From Nemertoderma westbladi (Eukaryota; Animalia; Xenacoelomorpha): a DNA stretch of 64,000 nucleotides. The stretch is from contig JAUCBJ010008553.1 of the NCBI GenBank assembly GCA_032718475.1, positions 1-64,000 of the forward strand. Reading direction: 5' to 3'. This document shows positions 35,501 to 47,718 of this stretch, piece by piece. The first letter of the stretch is position 1. Each line of letters starts with the position of its first letter. Both the position numbers and the translations under genes were made by a program. The notes beneath the pieces were generated by a model. The model was not told the DNA's origin. It saw nothing but the letters and a program-made list of their open reading frames with translations, and ran no database searches.

Positions 35501-38500
35501 ATTCATCCCTTAGGACAGTAACTACCCGTTTTAGTTAAAAAAAAGTGATCTGGAGTTTGGCTTAGAGAGGGGAATGTAGAATTCAACCAATCAGCGATGA
35601 GCTTTTTTTCAGAGAAAGCAGGCTGCTCCAATCAGAGTTTATTTCCCTTTCAAGCTTTTCACTGTAATAATCTACTTTGTAAATAAATAAATAACATTGA
35701 CTGAAAAGTGAAAAGTGAAAACCAAGTATTCTTCATATTATTGGTGAAAATTTCGTAAATATAATAATGGGAATGATGATTGTTCATGTACTAGCATACT
35801 GGTGGGTTATTGTGGTAATTCTGCAATAATGAAGCAATGCAATGCTGCATTCAAAACAAGATTCGCCGGGACTCTCGGTATGAGTGCAAACAGTGCATTG
35901 GGAGTCCAGGGTTCTCTGCCTTGGTAAATGCTTTGCCGATTATCATAAATAGATCATATCATAGTAATAGTTCGATTATAACGGTACCATAAATAGACCA
36001 TGAAACATAATATATACGATATAGTTCAGAAAAATAAATATTTTTTTCGGGGGTGTAACAGGAGTGGATGAGTAAACGGGGGTGTAACAGGAGTGGAGGA
36101 GTAAAGGGGGTGTAACAGGAGTGGATGAGTATACGGGGGTGTAACAGGAGTGGAGGAGTAAACGGGGGTGTAACAGGAGTGGAGGAGTATACGGGGGTGT
36201 AACGGGAGTGGATGAGTAAACGTGAGTGTAACGGGAGTGGATGAGTAAACGGGGGTGTAACAGTAGTGGATGAGTAAACGGGGGTGTAACAGGAGTGGAT
36301 GAGTAAACGTGGGTGTAACAGGAGTGGATGAGTAAAGGGGGGTGTAACAGTAGTGGATGAGTAAACGGGGGTGTAACAGGAGTGGATGAGTAAACGGGGG
36401 TGTAACAGGAGTGGATGAGTATACGGGGGTGTAACAGGAGTGGATGAGTATACGGGGGTGTAACAGGAGTGGATGAGTATACGGGGGTGTAACAGGAGTG
36501 GATGAGTAAAGGGGGTGTAACAGGAGTGGATGAGTAAAGGGGGTGTAACAGGAGTGGATGAGTATACGGGGGTGTAACAGGAGTGGATGAGTATACGGGG
36601 GTGTAACAGGAGTGGATGAGTAAAGGGGGGTGTAACAGGAGTGGATGAGTATACGGGGGTGTAACAGGAGTGGATGAGTATACGGGGGTGTAACAGGAGT
36701 GGATGAGTATACGGGGGTGTAACAGGAGTGGATGAGTAAAGGGGGGTGTAACAGGAGTGGATGAGTATACGGGGGTGTAACAGGAGTGGATGAGTATACG
36801 GGGGTGTAACAGGAGTGGATGAGTAAAGGGGGTGTAACAGGAGTGGATGAGTAAAGGGGGTGTAACAGGAGTGGATGAGTATACGGGGGTGTAACAGGAG
36901 TGGATGAGTAAAGGGGGTGTAACAGGAGTGGATGAGTAAAGGGGGGTGTAACAGTAGTGGATGAGTAAACGGGGGTGTAACAGGAGTGGATGAGTAAACG
37001 GGGGTGTAACAGGAGTGGATGAGTATACGGGGGTGTAACAGTAGTGAATGAGTATACGGGGGTGTAACAGGAGTGGATGAGTATACGGGGGTGTAACAGG
37101 AGTGGATGAGTATACGGGGGTGTAACAGGAGTGGAGGAGTAAAGGGGGTGTAACAGGAGTGGATGAGTAAACGGGTGTGTAACAGGAGTGGATGAGTAAA
37201 CGTGGGTGTAACGGGAGTGGATGAGTAAAGGGGGTGTAACAGTAGTGGATGAGTAAACGGGGGTGTAACAGGAGTGGATGAGTAAAGGGGGTGTAACAGT
37301 AGTGGATGAGTAAACGGGGGTGTAACAGGAGTGGATGAGTAAACGGGGGTGTAATAGTAGTGGATGAGTAAAGGGGGTGTAATAGTAGTGGATGAGTATA
37401 CGGGGGTGTAACAGTAGTGGATGAGTAAAGGGGGTGTAACAGGAGTGGATGAGTAAAGGGGGTGTAACAGGAGTGGATGAGTATACGGGGGTGTAACAGG
37501 AGTGGATGAGTAAAGGGGGTGTAACAGGAGTGGATGAGTAAAGGGGGGTGTAACAGTAGTGGATGAGTAAACGGGGGTGTAACAGGAGTGGATGAGTAAA
37601 CGGGGGTGTAACAGGAGTGGATGAGTATACGGGGGTGTAACAGTAGTGGATGAGTATACGGGGGTGTAACAGGAGTGGATGAGTATACGGGGGTGTAACA
37701 GGAGTGGATGAGTATACGGGGGTGTAACAGGAGTGGATGAGTAAAGGGGGTGTAACAGTAGTGGATGAGTAAACGGGGGTGTAACAGGAGTGGATGAGTA
37801 AACGGGGGTGTAACAGGAGTGGATGAGTATACGGGGGTGTAACAGTAGTGGATGAGTATACGGGGGTGTAACAGGAGTGGATGAGTATACGGGGGTGTAA
37901 CAGGAGTGGATGAGTAAAGGGGGTGTAACAGTAGTGGATGAGTAAACGGGGGTGTAACAGGAGTGGATGAGTAAAGGGGGTGTAACAGTAGTGGATGAGT
38001 ATACGGGGGTGTAACAGGAGTGGATGAGTAAAGGGGGTGTAACAGTAGTGGATGAGTAAAGGGGGTGTAACAGTAGTGGATGAGTATACGGGGGTGTAAC
38101 AGTAGTGGATGAGTAAAGGGGGTGTAACAGTAGTGGATGAGTATACGGGGGTGTAACAGGAGTGGATGAGAAAAGGGGGTGTAACAGGAGTGGATGAGTA
38201 AACGGGGGTGTAACAGGAGTGGATGAGTAAAGGGGGTGTAACAGTAGTGGATGAGTAAAGGGGGTGTAACAGTAGTGGATGAGTATACGGGGGTGTAACA
38301 GTAGTGGATGAGTAAAGGGGGTGTAACAGGAGTGGATGAGTATACGGGGGTGTAACAGTAGTGGATGAGTAAAGGGGGTGTAACAGTAGTGGATGAGTAT
38401 ACGGGGGTGTAACAGTAGTGGATGAGTAAAGGGGGTGTAACAGGAGTGGATGAGTAAAGGGGGTGTAACAGGAGTGGATGAGAAAAGGGGGTGTAACAGG

Positions 38501-41500
38501 AGTGGATGAGTAAACGGGGGTGTAACAGGAGTGGATGAGTATACGGGGGTGTAACAGGAGTGGATGAGAAAAGGGGGTGTAACAGGAGTGGATGAGTAAA
38601 CGGGGGTGTAACAGGAGTGGATGAGTATACGGGGGTGTAACAGGAGTGGATGAGTAAAGGGGGTGTAACAGGAGTGGATGAGTAAAGGGGGTGTAACAGG
38701 AGTGGATGAGTATACGGGGGTGTAACAGTAGTGGATGAGTATACGGGGGTGTAACAGTAGTGGATGAGTAAAGGGGGTGTAACAGTAGTGGATGAGTATA
38801 CGGGGGTGTAACAGTAGTGGATGAGTAAAGGGGGTGTAACAGGAGTGGATGAGAAAAGGGGGTGTAACAGGAGTGGATGAGTAAACGGGGGTGTAACAGG
38901 AGTGGATGAGTATACGGGGGTGTAACAGGAGTGGATGAGAAAAGGGGGTGTAACAGGAGTGGATGAGTAAACGGGGGTGTAACAGGAGTGGATGAGTATA
39001 CGGGGGTGTAACAGGAGTGGATGAGTAAAGGGGGTGTAACAGGAGTGGATGAGTAAAGGGGGTGTAACAGGAGTGGATGAGTATACGGGGGTGTAACAGT
39101 AGTGGATGAGTAAACGGGGGTGTAACAGGAGTGGATGAGTAAAGGGGGTGTAACAGGAGTGGATGAGTATACGGGGGTGTAACAGTAGTGGATGAGTAAA
39201 CGGGGGTGTAACAGGAGTGGATGAGTAAAGGGGGTGTAACAGGAGTGGATGAGTATACGGGGGTGTAACAGGAGTGGATGAGTAAAGGGGGTGTAACAGG
39301 AGTGGATGAGTAAAGGGGGTGTAACAGGAGTGGATGAGTATACGGGGGTGTAACAGTAGTGGATGAGTAAACGGGGGTGTAACAGGAGTGGATGAGTAAA
39401 GGGGGTGTAACAGGAGTGGATGAGTATACGGGGGTGTAACAGGAGTGGATGAGTAAAGGGGGTGTAACAGGAGTGGATGAGTATACGGGGGTGTAACAGT
39501 AGTGGATGAGTAAACGGGGGTGTAACAGGAGTGGATGAGTAAAGGGGGTGTAACAGGAGTGGATGAGTATACGGGGGTGTAACAGTAGTGGATGAGTAAA
39601 CGGGGGTGTAACAGGAGTGGATGAGAAAAGGGGGTGTAACAGGAGTGGATGAGTAAACGGGGGTGTAACAGGAGTGGATGAGTATACGGGGGTGTAACAG
39701 TAATAAGCAGATAGTGATTGTAATAATATTCAAGGGGATTTTGTAGCGGGAAAAGCCGGTCTTCGACACGCAACACTATCAATTCTAAGCCGCCTGAGAG
39801 CGTGCCATGCTGAGGACGTGAGAAATCATTTACAGGTGTAGCAGGAATTTTTGATGAAATTCTGTGGGAGGAACAGAACACCATCATTTTCATAATTTAC
39901 ATTATCTTACTTAACATAATTTAGACTATTGCACTCCATGAACCCTAGCAGTTAATGAGTCCATTCTCGAGCTCCACCATTTGTAGGCTGATATAAAAAA
40001 TAGAGGAATATAAAAAATACCATTCTTATTCGTAATTGTGGTTGATTATGTTCTACGCATGCCATTTGACCATTTAATAAAGATGGGGTGATGGTAACAC
40101 CCCCTACTGGCACAAGAAGTAGAGGAAATCCAACAAAGTACCTTACTATACTGATCTAGACTTTGCGGATGACTTAGAGGTACTGTCAGAATCACTAGAG
40201 GGAGCCAAAAGGCTCCTCTGCTCATTGGATCAGGTTGTGTCTAGTTTTGTTCCTTTTGTAAACTCCAAGAAGACCCAAATTATGACAGTGAACCTTGACA
40301 GCCCGGATGTCTGATCGTAAAGGGCATAAGCTCCAGGAATAGCATGTTTGAGAATGTGGATGACTTCTACCGCTTGGGATCATCGATTCGGAAGTCAGGT
40401 GAAGACCTTCGGATACGTAAGGGGAAGGCATGGGCAGTATTAAATAGTCTGTGCAGGATTTGTATGTCCCATAGAATAAAACGGAACCTTAACCCTATTA
40501 CCACTGGGGGGGGGGGCGAATCGGCCCTTTCCTAGTTTTTAATTGCTGTATCTATGCAATCACCTTATGTACCTCCCAATTTTTTAGGAGAATTAGTCAA
40601 ATTTAATGGCGCATCTTTTGCAAAAAACGGCGTTGCAATTAGATTTTAACTTTTCGATGTGGGTGCCACCTCAAAATTTTGTCCCCAGCAGAAATTTTAT
40701 GAAATTTTCGAATTTTCAAGGTCTTTTATAAGTTAGTAATTCTTATGTTGGGGCTTTTTTTTATTGATTCTGATTTGTAAGGAGCACTCTACTACTCTAT
40801 ATAAGTATGTAAGGGAAGTGGTACGTCATTTTTGGTGCACTAAAATTAGGGCGTGGCACTTCAAATTTTCAAAATTTCAATATTCGTTAAATACTCCGAA
40901 GTTTAGATTTCAATGCGTTTTTATGGGTTTTCTGGCATGCTTAATCGATTGAAAGTAACATATAGATATAACAATTCTTAGTGGTACATCATTTTTGGTG
41001 CACCAAAATTAGGGCGTGGCAAGTAGGCATACTTCAAATTTTCAAAATTACGATATTCAGAAAATACCACAAGGTTTTCATTTCAACCCATTTTTATAGG
41101 TTATCTGGACCGCTGAATCGATTGAAAGTAATATTGAAGCCTCAAGTCTTAGTGTTACGTCATTATTGATACACTACAATTAGGGCGTGGTACTTTTTCA
41201 AAATTTGCATAAGTGCCACTCCCTAATTTTGGTGCACCAAAAATGCCAAACCACTACGTCTTCAGGCTTCTATAATACTTTCAATTGATTCAGCGGTCCA
41301 GAAAACCTATAAATGTGCGTTGAAATCTCAACTTTGGTTTATTTTCCGAATCTCGTATTTTTCAATATGAAGTGCCACACTTTAATTTTGGTGCTCTAAA
41401 AAGGACGATCCACTAAGTCTTCAGGCTTCGATAATATTTTCAATCGATTCAGCGGTCCAGAAAACCTTTAAAAACGCGTTGAAATCAAAAGATGGGGGTA

Positions 41501-43714
41501 TTTTCCGAATATCGCATTTTTTAAAATTTGAAGTGCCACGCCCACTTCTTAGGTGCACGAAAAATAGCATCCAGTTCAATTTTCGGAAATGGAATATAAT
41601 CACATTCGATTCAGCGTAGTGAAAAACCTACTAATGCTAGCCAACAATACCACACTATTACTGTAGTTTTTAGAATATCAAAAAATGTATATTTTGTCCT
41701 GGGACTACTTCTATTTTTCATGTGAAAATTATTACACCCACCTTATGAAATTTTCATTTTTTTGGATTTGAAAATGTTCTTCGATAATTCTTTCACCTAC
41801 AGCCCAAATTTCGTAGAATTTTATTGGATGATTACAAAAATACAGCGGGGGGGGGGCGAATCGACCCCCCGCCAGTGCTGCTAATGGTCTAAACACCCCA
41901 GTGGTAATAGGGTTAACCCTATTAAAAACTCGGGGGTTGGGGGTCAATATGACCCCCACCCCCTGTAGTTTTTTTGTTATAATTCTGAAACAAACGCAGT
42001 TGTGCATCTGAAATTTTATGAATTTTCTTAAAAATATATTGTCTTCTTAATAGTGAAAACAGTTTTCAAAAATATTTGGTAGTTTTCGAGTTATACAGTA
42101 GTAAAAATTTTTAACAATTTTTTGAGACGTTGAAAATGACATTTCATGAAATATTATTTGTAACATATCTATTTTTGATTTACACTGGTTTTTGTGGTGT
42201 TTGCCATTAGAAGAAATTCATATAAATTAATTTAGAAATTTTAAACTTGCTTTTTTCGGCGGGTGCCCATGCCCAATTTTGTTGCCAGCACCAAATAAAT
42301 TTGTAAATTGATTATTTGAACCTGTTTTTTACGCAATAGGGGTTTTTGAGGTTCTGGTATCGATGGAATATATACGAGTTGCACCACGCGTAGTTTTCGC
42401 GTACCACTTGTATTTTTCGATGCTGTGTGCAAATTTTGGTGCCAGCACGAAATGTTGAAATTCCTTTCAATAGTTCAATTGCGTGTGACAACTTATTTCT
42501 CGCGTTTTAGAGGTTTATGGAGTTCTGAATTCAACGGAATAAATAATTATTTAACGAGACATCTAAAACTTGTATTTTTCGGAAGTGGGCGCAAAATATG
42601 GTGCTAGAACCGAATTTTGAAAACCCTCAAATATCAATTGATTGTGTCACCTTGTTTCTTGCATTATACAGTACGTATTTGTGAGGGTCCTGAAATCAAT
42701 GGAATAAGTAAAAATTGCATAATAGTTTTCAAACATGAATTTTTCATCGGTGGGTGAAAATTGTAGTGTCAGCACCAAATTTTTGAAAATAAGCAAATTG
42801 ATCAATAGATAGTATCATCTTGTTTCTTGCGTTATACGGGTTTATCATGTTGTTTCTTGCGTTATACGGGTTTATGAGGGTCCTGAATCTGATGGAATCA
42901 ATAAAAACCGCACTGGCTTTTTGGTGATGGGTACGAAATTTGGTGCTAGAACCATAATTTGTCATATTACGCCGAAAAATACAAGTAGCAATGATCTGGC
43001 ATATTAGAAATGTATTCCATTAGAATCAGCGCTCTAGAAAACCTGAAAATGTGAATTTATAGCATCGTATAAGAGAATTAAAAATTTTGTGGGGTTAAGG
43101 TTCTATTACTTATGGCAGTAGTTGTAACAATACTTTTATATGAGAGTCCAGGTCCCGGGTTCATTGACTGTGTCAAGTACAATGAACACATCTCCAATCA
43201 GACTTTATAGCTATACAACATTGGAGGTGTATCGTTGGTCCCCCTAGTTTGACACTTGAACAGAGCCTCCGCCCCCGCTTACAGGCCATTGCTTTCACTG
43301 TGAGGACCAGCCAGTGCATAATCTTGTGCTTTGGCCGCCTTATGGACTGAATAAACATGGTGTACAGCCCATGACTTTCTTAAGACGCATCTTAAAGGAC
43401 ACTGGCCTTGAAGATGCTGATGATCTAGCAAATATCATGGGTGTTAGGGAGTTGTGGCGGCGCAATTTTGTCGACAATCCGGCACAGCATTCTTAATATA
43501 TATGTAATGTATATAATGCAGCTACAATGGAGCATGCCGTGATACCGATCGTAGTAGTACTGTAGGCTCATGTAGAAAATAATACTTGATTCAAAATGAT
43601 ACCTACACAAATAGCTTGAAAGCTGAAACGGAGTTCCTACCTTAAGCTCAATCTTTCTTCCCTGACAGTTCCAATTATCACTCCAACCTTCAATCGACAG
43701 TCCCAAGTTTCCAT
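32349..43714 (-). CDS. NADPH-dependent FMN reductase / NAD(P)H:quinone reductase family (flavodoxin-like, SsuE/ChrR-like), 4 exons, 207 aa
   Basis: Exons 43714-43641, 35183-35073, 33870-33667 and 32583-32349 total 624 nt, with three GT-AG phase-2 introns. Protein reads METWDCRLKVGVIIGTVREERLSLR-VSRFIEAQL..DFPVLTKPLHHYT-DISEAP..GEYNHCIPSAMKNLVDHF..YKPSGIVCYSSGIFGGMR-AAMQMR..LLDQIEWYARGLK. Confidence 0.9.
33341..33378. repeat. (AATG)n microsatellite
   Basis: About 9 AATG copies. Confidence 0.95.
33667..33870 (-). CDS. FMN reductase exon 3
   Basis: EYNH.IP..MKNLVD signature and YS.G..GG.R motif; TTTGTAG acceptor and GT donor. Confidence 0.92.
34234..34700. repeat. 15-bp minisatellite (GACCTGTCACG(G/A)AGA-type) in intron 2
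   Basis: About 30 visible units, flanked by a 16-bp direct repeat CTCACTCCATAGCGAA. Confidence 0.92.
35073..35183 (-). CDS. FMN reductase exon 2
   Basis: TTTTAG acceptor, VSRFIEAQLKKRNLEVYVCDPEEIDFPVLTKPLHHY, GTAAGG donor. Phases match the neighbouring exons. Confidence 0.88.
35834..35952 (+). pseudogene. piggyBac transposase C-terminal cysteine-rich domain remnant (frameshifted)
   Basis: Reads CC..NKIRRDSRYECKQCIGSPG, then after a 1-nt shift LCLGKCFADYHK-stop. This matches the piggyBac CRD pattern R..SRY.C..C...PGLC...CF..YH. Confidence 0.75.
36048..39700. repeat. 28/29-bp G-rich minisatellite GGGGGTGTAACAGGAGTGGATGAGTA(A/T)A(C) in intron 1
   Basis: About 125 contiguous units. The 1305-aa and 1247-aa minus ORFs are translations of the repeat. 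Confidence 0.97.
40493..41912. mobile_element. Non-autonomous piggyBac-like element (family A), 1420 bp
   Basis: Perfect 17-bp TIR CCCTATTACCACTGGGG / CCCCAGTGGTAATAGGG, with TTAA on both sides (40489-40492 and 41913-41916). Confidence 0.92.
41917..43094 (+). mobile_element. Non-autonomous piggyBac-like element (family B), right part internally deleted
   Basis: TTAA|CCCTATTAAAAAC... and ...GGGG|TTAA. Homologous to 28871-30382 and 59517-59970. Confidence 0.8.
43641..43714 (-). CDS. FMN reductase exon 1
   Basis: ATG...LKVGVIIGTVREER (phosphate-binding loop), followed by an AG|GTAGG donor. Confidence 0.85.
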
Positions 43715-44789
43715 TATATGTCGTATCTATGGAACCGGTATGTTGCTACGCCAGTAGACAGTCAGTAATAATTATAAAAATTGAAAATTAAACTTATCTT
43801 GGCTAAAAAAATGTTAAAAAATTAAAAAAAAAAAGTTATGAACTGATGTACTATACGATAAGGTTATCTACGCGTTTATATTAAATATTTTACATAGTAT
43901 TCACTTAGCGTTGAACACATCAGATCTTTTTGCTAAACCAAGTTTAAAATAATATAAAAAAAACTTTAAATTATCAAAAGAACCGAAGATATCAAATGAA
44001 CTGTTAGCACGAAACTTGAGTTTGTTGAAAAAAACTTATAAGATTTGTTCAGATTTTTCCTACTTATTAGTTGTCAATTCGTTGACCGAGTCACATGGCG
44101 ATCGAGAGATGATATAAGAAAATAATTTTAAATTGCCTATATAAAATGCTTAATTAAATTTATTTACTTTTCCGGAGTACTTAATCATTAGGGCCCGTAG
44201 TTACTATTAGTGTAAAGTGCAGTACAACAAAATTGTTTAGCGGGTGTGATGAATATCCTTTCACAACCTACTGTAATCAATCAATTCTACGACATGTTGA
44301 ATTAACCATCATCAGGCTCTGGTACATATATATGTACAATATACGTGTACATCATAAGCCTATATAATATGTACATTACAGAGGAAGCCTTAGTTAATTA
44401 GTGCAATGGGAGGAATGGAAGTTACGGGTCGATAATACATTACTCACGCTCAACCTACACGTTATTATATATGATGTATTTATCTTTACAATGCGAAATG
44501 TAATAAGGGAAATTCTTAGCGCCATCGGATTCCTTACCCTAGGCGCCGCCCATTCGTTAGTATTTAATTTATCCTCGCTGTGTCTTTTCATGTGAATTGT
44601 GATATAGTGTAGTTTCAGAATTCACAACGCGGATTTTGTTAATTAAAAGAGGATGATATTTTATGAAACAAGTTTCAAACTTAATTTAATTTCATGGGAA
44701 ACACAAATTTGACCTAGTACCAATCTATTGGTACTGCTGGTATTAATAACACTTTCCATCTAATTTCAAAACTGATTAATAACTATTTA

Positions 44790-45060
44790 CATACTACAAC
44801 TACTTCTACTAGGATCGGCATGCTGTATTGCAGTTGCATTTTAAGAATGCTGTGCCGGCTTGTCAACAAAATTGCACCGCCACAACTCCCTATCACCCAT
44901 GACATTTGCTAGATCATCCGCATCTTCAAGGCCAGTGTCCTTTAAGATGCGTCCCAAGAAAGTCATTGGCTGTCCACCATGCTTATTCACTCCATGAGGC
45001 TGCCAAAGTACAAGATTATGCATTGGCTGGTCCTCACGGCGAAAGCAATGTCCTGCAAAG
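44790..45060 (-). mobile_element. 5'-truncated 3'-end copy of the same RTE-like LINE, inverted
   Basis: FAGHCFRREDQPMHNLVLWQPHG...DTGLEDADDLANVMGDRELWR, plus a 3' UTR and TAG-like tail resembling 43290-43560. Confidence 0.88.
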
Positions 45061-45210
45061 CTTCATAAGCAAAGCTTCAAACTATTGACACCATTGTGTG
45101 TGCAAAGTAGCACTTTTCAGCGTTATGACACGAGTTTATTTATGTGTTTACGCAAATAAACAAGGGTCTTTAACGCTGAAAAGTGACCTTTGAAACCAAT
45201 GATGTATGTA

Positions 45211-45790
45211 ATTTTGTTACATTATGTCAACTTATCAGCGTTCGGTATGTGAAGAAAGGATTTTATGGATGTTCATTTATACATTTTAATCATGTATTAT
45301 ATCGAATATAAGTGAAATTTATTAACAGGTTACACAGTATTAATTAATACATTTATATCTAATTAAAGTTTATTGTTGTTATCTCCTGCATGGATGTGAT
45401 AAATCGTCCATCTTGAGTTTCGTCGACTGAAGCAAACTGAGTCATCCGTTCAGTTTTACTGAACACTGTCGCCATTTTCTTTGCTCAATTTCTGTATAAA
45501 GTGTCTACTATTGGACGTTTACAGTACACTTTAAACAATTATTTACATACTGTAGAGTAGACAGACAGTCCTGTGGTCTCGTCACTGCAAACTGGATAAT
45601 ATAGCAGCATATAGTAGCATTAACATAAATGTAAAGAATACATTGTGGAAAACGGTAATTTAAGTTGTTTCCATGTTATTAATTACTTTGCAGCATTCCG
45701 TCCTATAGGCCGCAACGTTGCAAAGTAGTACTTTGCAGCGTTACGAGTAATTCATCAGAACGCTGATAAGTTGGCAAAATGTAACAAAAT
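45211..45790. mobile_element. Probable MITE with 33-bp terminal inverted repeats
   Basis: ATTTTGTTACATTATGTCAACTTATCAGCGTTC (45211-45243) vs the reverse complement of 45758-45790 shows 2 mismatches. A related motif occurs near 59363. Confidence 0.6.
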
Positions 45791-46471
45791 TTATTACTAA
45801 ATTACAAGATTTAGTTGTTGAAAATCTATAAAATATTTTCATGGTACAATAATTTATTATTTTTTATAAATAGTGTACATGTTCCAAAAAATATATAGAT
45901 ACTTTTCCAAATTAACCGTTAGTGTTTTTTTTAACTATTCTGCAAATCCGATAATAGTGTAGCTAAAAACAGTATTTTCATGGTATTTTCGTGGCAGTAA
46001 GACAAAAACGCTGAAACACTGAATAAGTTTGGTTACAGGTTTTGAATAACAAAAGACTGATTGATGATTCCAAATCCCAACTAATCCTGCACTCCCACAT
46101 CTTGTACGGCTTTTCGTTGCATTTCCATCGTATTCGTATAGAGAAAGTTGCACCTGGCAATTAAATCAAACGTCATTCCTTTGATTGTTTTTAACGAGCG
46201 GCAAATATATTTGAAGAAGATAATAATTATTATAATCAAACGTGAATTTAATGACTTGATCACATCTTTCATCTCCAACTACAAAATCGCTATAAAATAA
46301 TCGGATCTTTATAAAAAATCTTATAAATTTCCTTAAAATAGAGTTGTGACTATCATAACATTATGTTTATTTTGTTCTAAATAATTTAGTGACAAAGTAA
46401 GTAAAAACGTATTCAATCAGAAAATAAATAGCAGAACTGTATTTTCCACCGACCCTTGGACGTATAATTTA

Positions 46472-46580
46472 TGGCACTGAGCGGGCTCAATTGGATTTGT
46501 GGCTCGGAGCACTGAGCGAGCGCAATGCGATTGGTAGCTCGGAGCACTGAGCCAGCTCAATGGGATTGGTGGCTCGGAGA
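46472..46580. repeat. ~35-bp tandem repeat x3 (GCACTGAGC..GCTCAAT.GGATTGGTGGCTCGGA)
   Basis: Three diverged units are visible. Confidence 0.75.
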
Positions 46581-47245
46581 GCATCAAACACATGCATGGT
46601 GGTATTAATATGAAAACAATAAAAAATAAATAAAATAGGACATGGGGTCTTATTCCCTCAGATACTACCTAGCATTTATGGCCACTTGGGCCATTGTTAG
46701 TACTCAGGCACTAAGGCCCATTAAAAAACAAAATACCAAATCGATTTTAGTGCTACATATCCCAACCCAACTACCACAGGAAAAACTACACCAAACCATA
46801 CAGTAACTACAGGTACCGGTAAGTATTGCACGAAATAGGCTATCTTATAAATTACGAAAAATATATAGGACATTTTGTCCGCCGAAAAGGTAAGTCTAAG
46901 TAATAAATTTTATAAAAATAAAAGGGTTTCGGAGATTTAAACACTGTACCCTGGGATTCGTGGTTCTCCTCATCAGCAGTGTGCCACGAACCCCACCCCT
47001 AACCTAACAAAACTGCACCACTAAATTAAGACAATGACCAATAAATAAGAAATCCCACCGTACCTCCCCCAGAGTTGAAACCACCCACCCCCAATGTATG
47101 TTACCATCAGCCCCAAATGCATAAACATGATTCCCCACTGAATGCAACCAACCCCAAATTAGCACCTACCGGTATGTACAGATAAATTATCAGATTTTTA
47201 AACAAAATTGCGCAGATGTCAGAAAATGCCCCTGTAAATATATAA

Positions 47246-47718
47246 TGCATGGTGGTGAACTAGCAATATCCTTTGGGAAACAGAGTGGAATGGTTACTGT
47301 GGAAGATCACCCAGGGTGGTGAACAGTGATTCCTTTAGGAAACAGAGTGGAAGGGTGTACTGTCAGACTGTGGAAGATCACCCATGGTGGTGAACAGGCA
47401 TTCCTTTAGGACACAGAGTGGAAGGGTTTACTGTGGAAGATCACCCTTGATGGTGAACAGGCATTCATTTAGGAAACAGAGTGGAATGGTTTACAGTAGA
47501 TGATCACCCATTGTGGTGAACAGGCATTCATTTAGGAAACAGAGTTGAAGGGTTTACTGTGGAAAATAAAACATGCATGGAGGTGAACTGGCAATATCCT
47601 TTGGGAAACAGAGTGGAAGGGTTTGCTGTGGAAGTTCACTCATGATGATGAACAGGAATTCATTTAGGAAACAGAGTGGAATGGTTTACAGTAGATGATC
47701 ACCCATTGTGGTGAACAG
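47246..47718. repeat. ~60-bp diverged tandem repeat (GGTGAACAGGCATTC.TTTAGGAAACAGAGTGGAAGGGTTTACTGTGGAAGATCACCC)
   Basis: About 7-8 units; runs directly into the 33-bp satellite. Confidence 0.85.

Larger units (their letters stand above)
40020..43560 (+). pseudogene. Decayed RTE-like non-LTR retrotransposon (RT C-half and 3' end), split by nested MITEs at 40493-43094
   Basis: PFLFVIVVDYVLR, TDLDFADDL, FYRLGSSI and RIRKGKAW...KRNL before the insertion. After 43098 it resumes VLLLMAVVVTILLYE...GHCF..EDQPVHNLVLW...DTGL..LANIMGVRELWR. Confidence 0.85.

Noticed and set aside
35976-39893. 1305-aa and 1247-aa minus ORFs; the N-terminus (MKMMVFCSSHR...FPLQNPLEYY) superficially resembles an FMN reductase start
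   Set aside because: The body is minisatellite translation. There is no phase-compatible donor, and better true exons 1 and 2 were found at 43641-43714 and 35073-35183.
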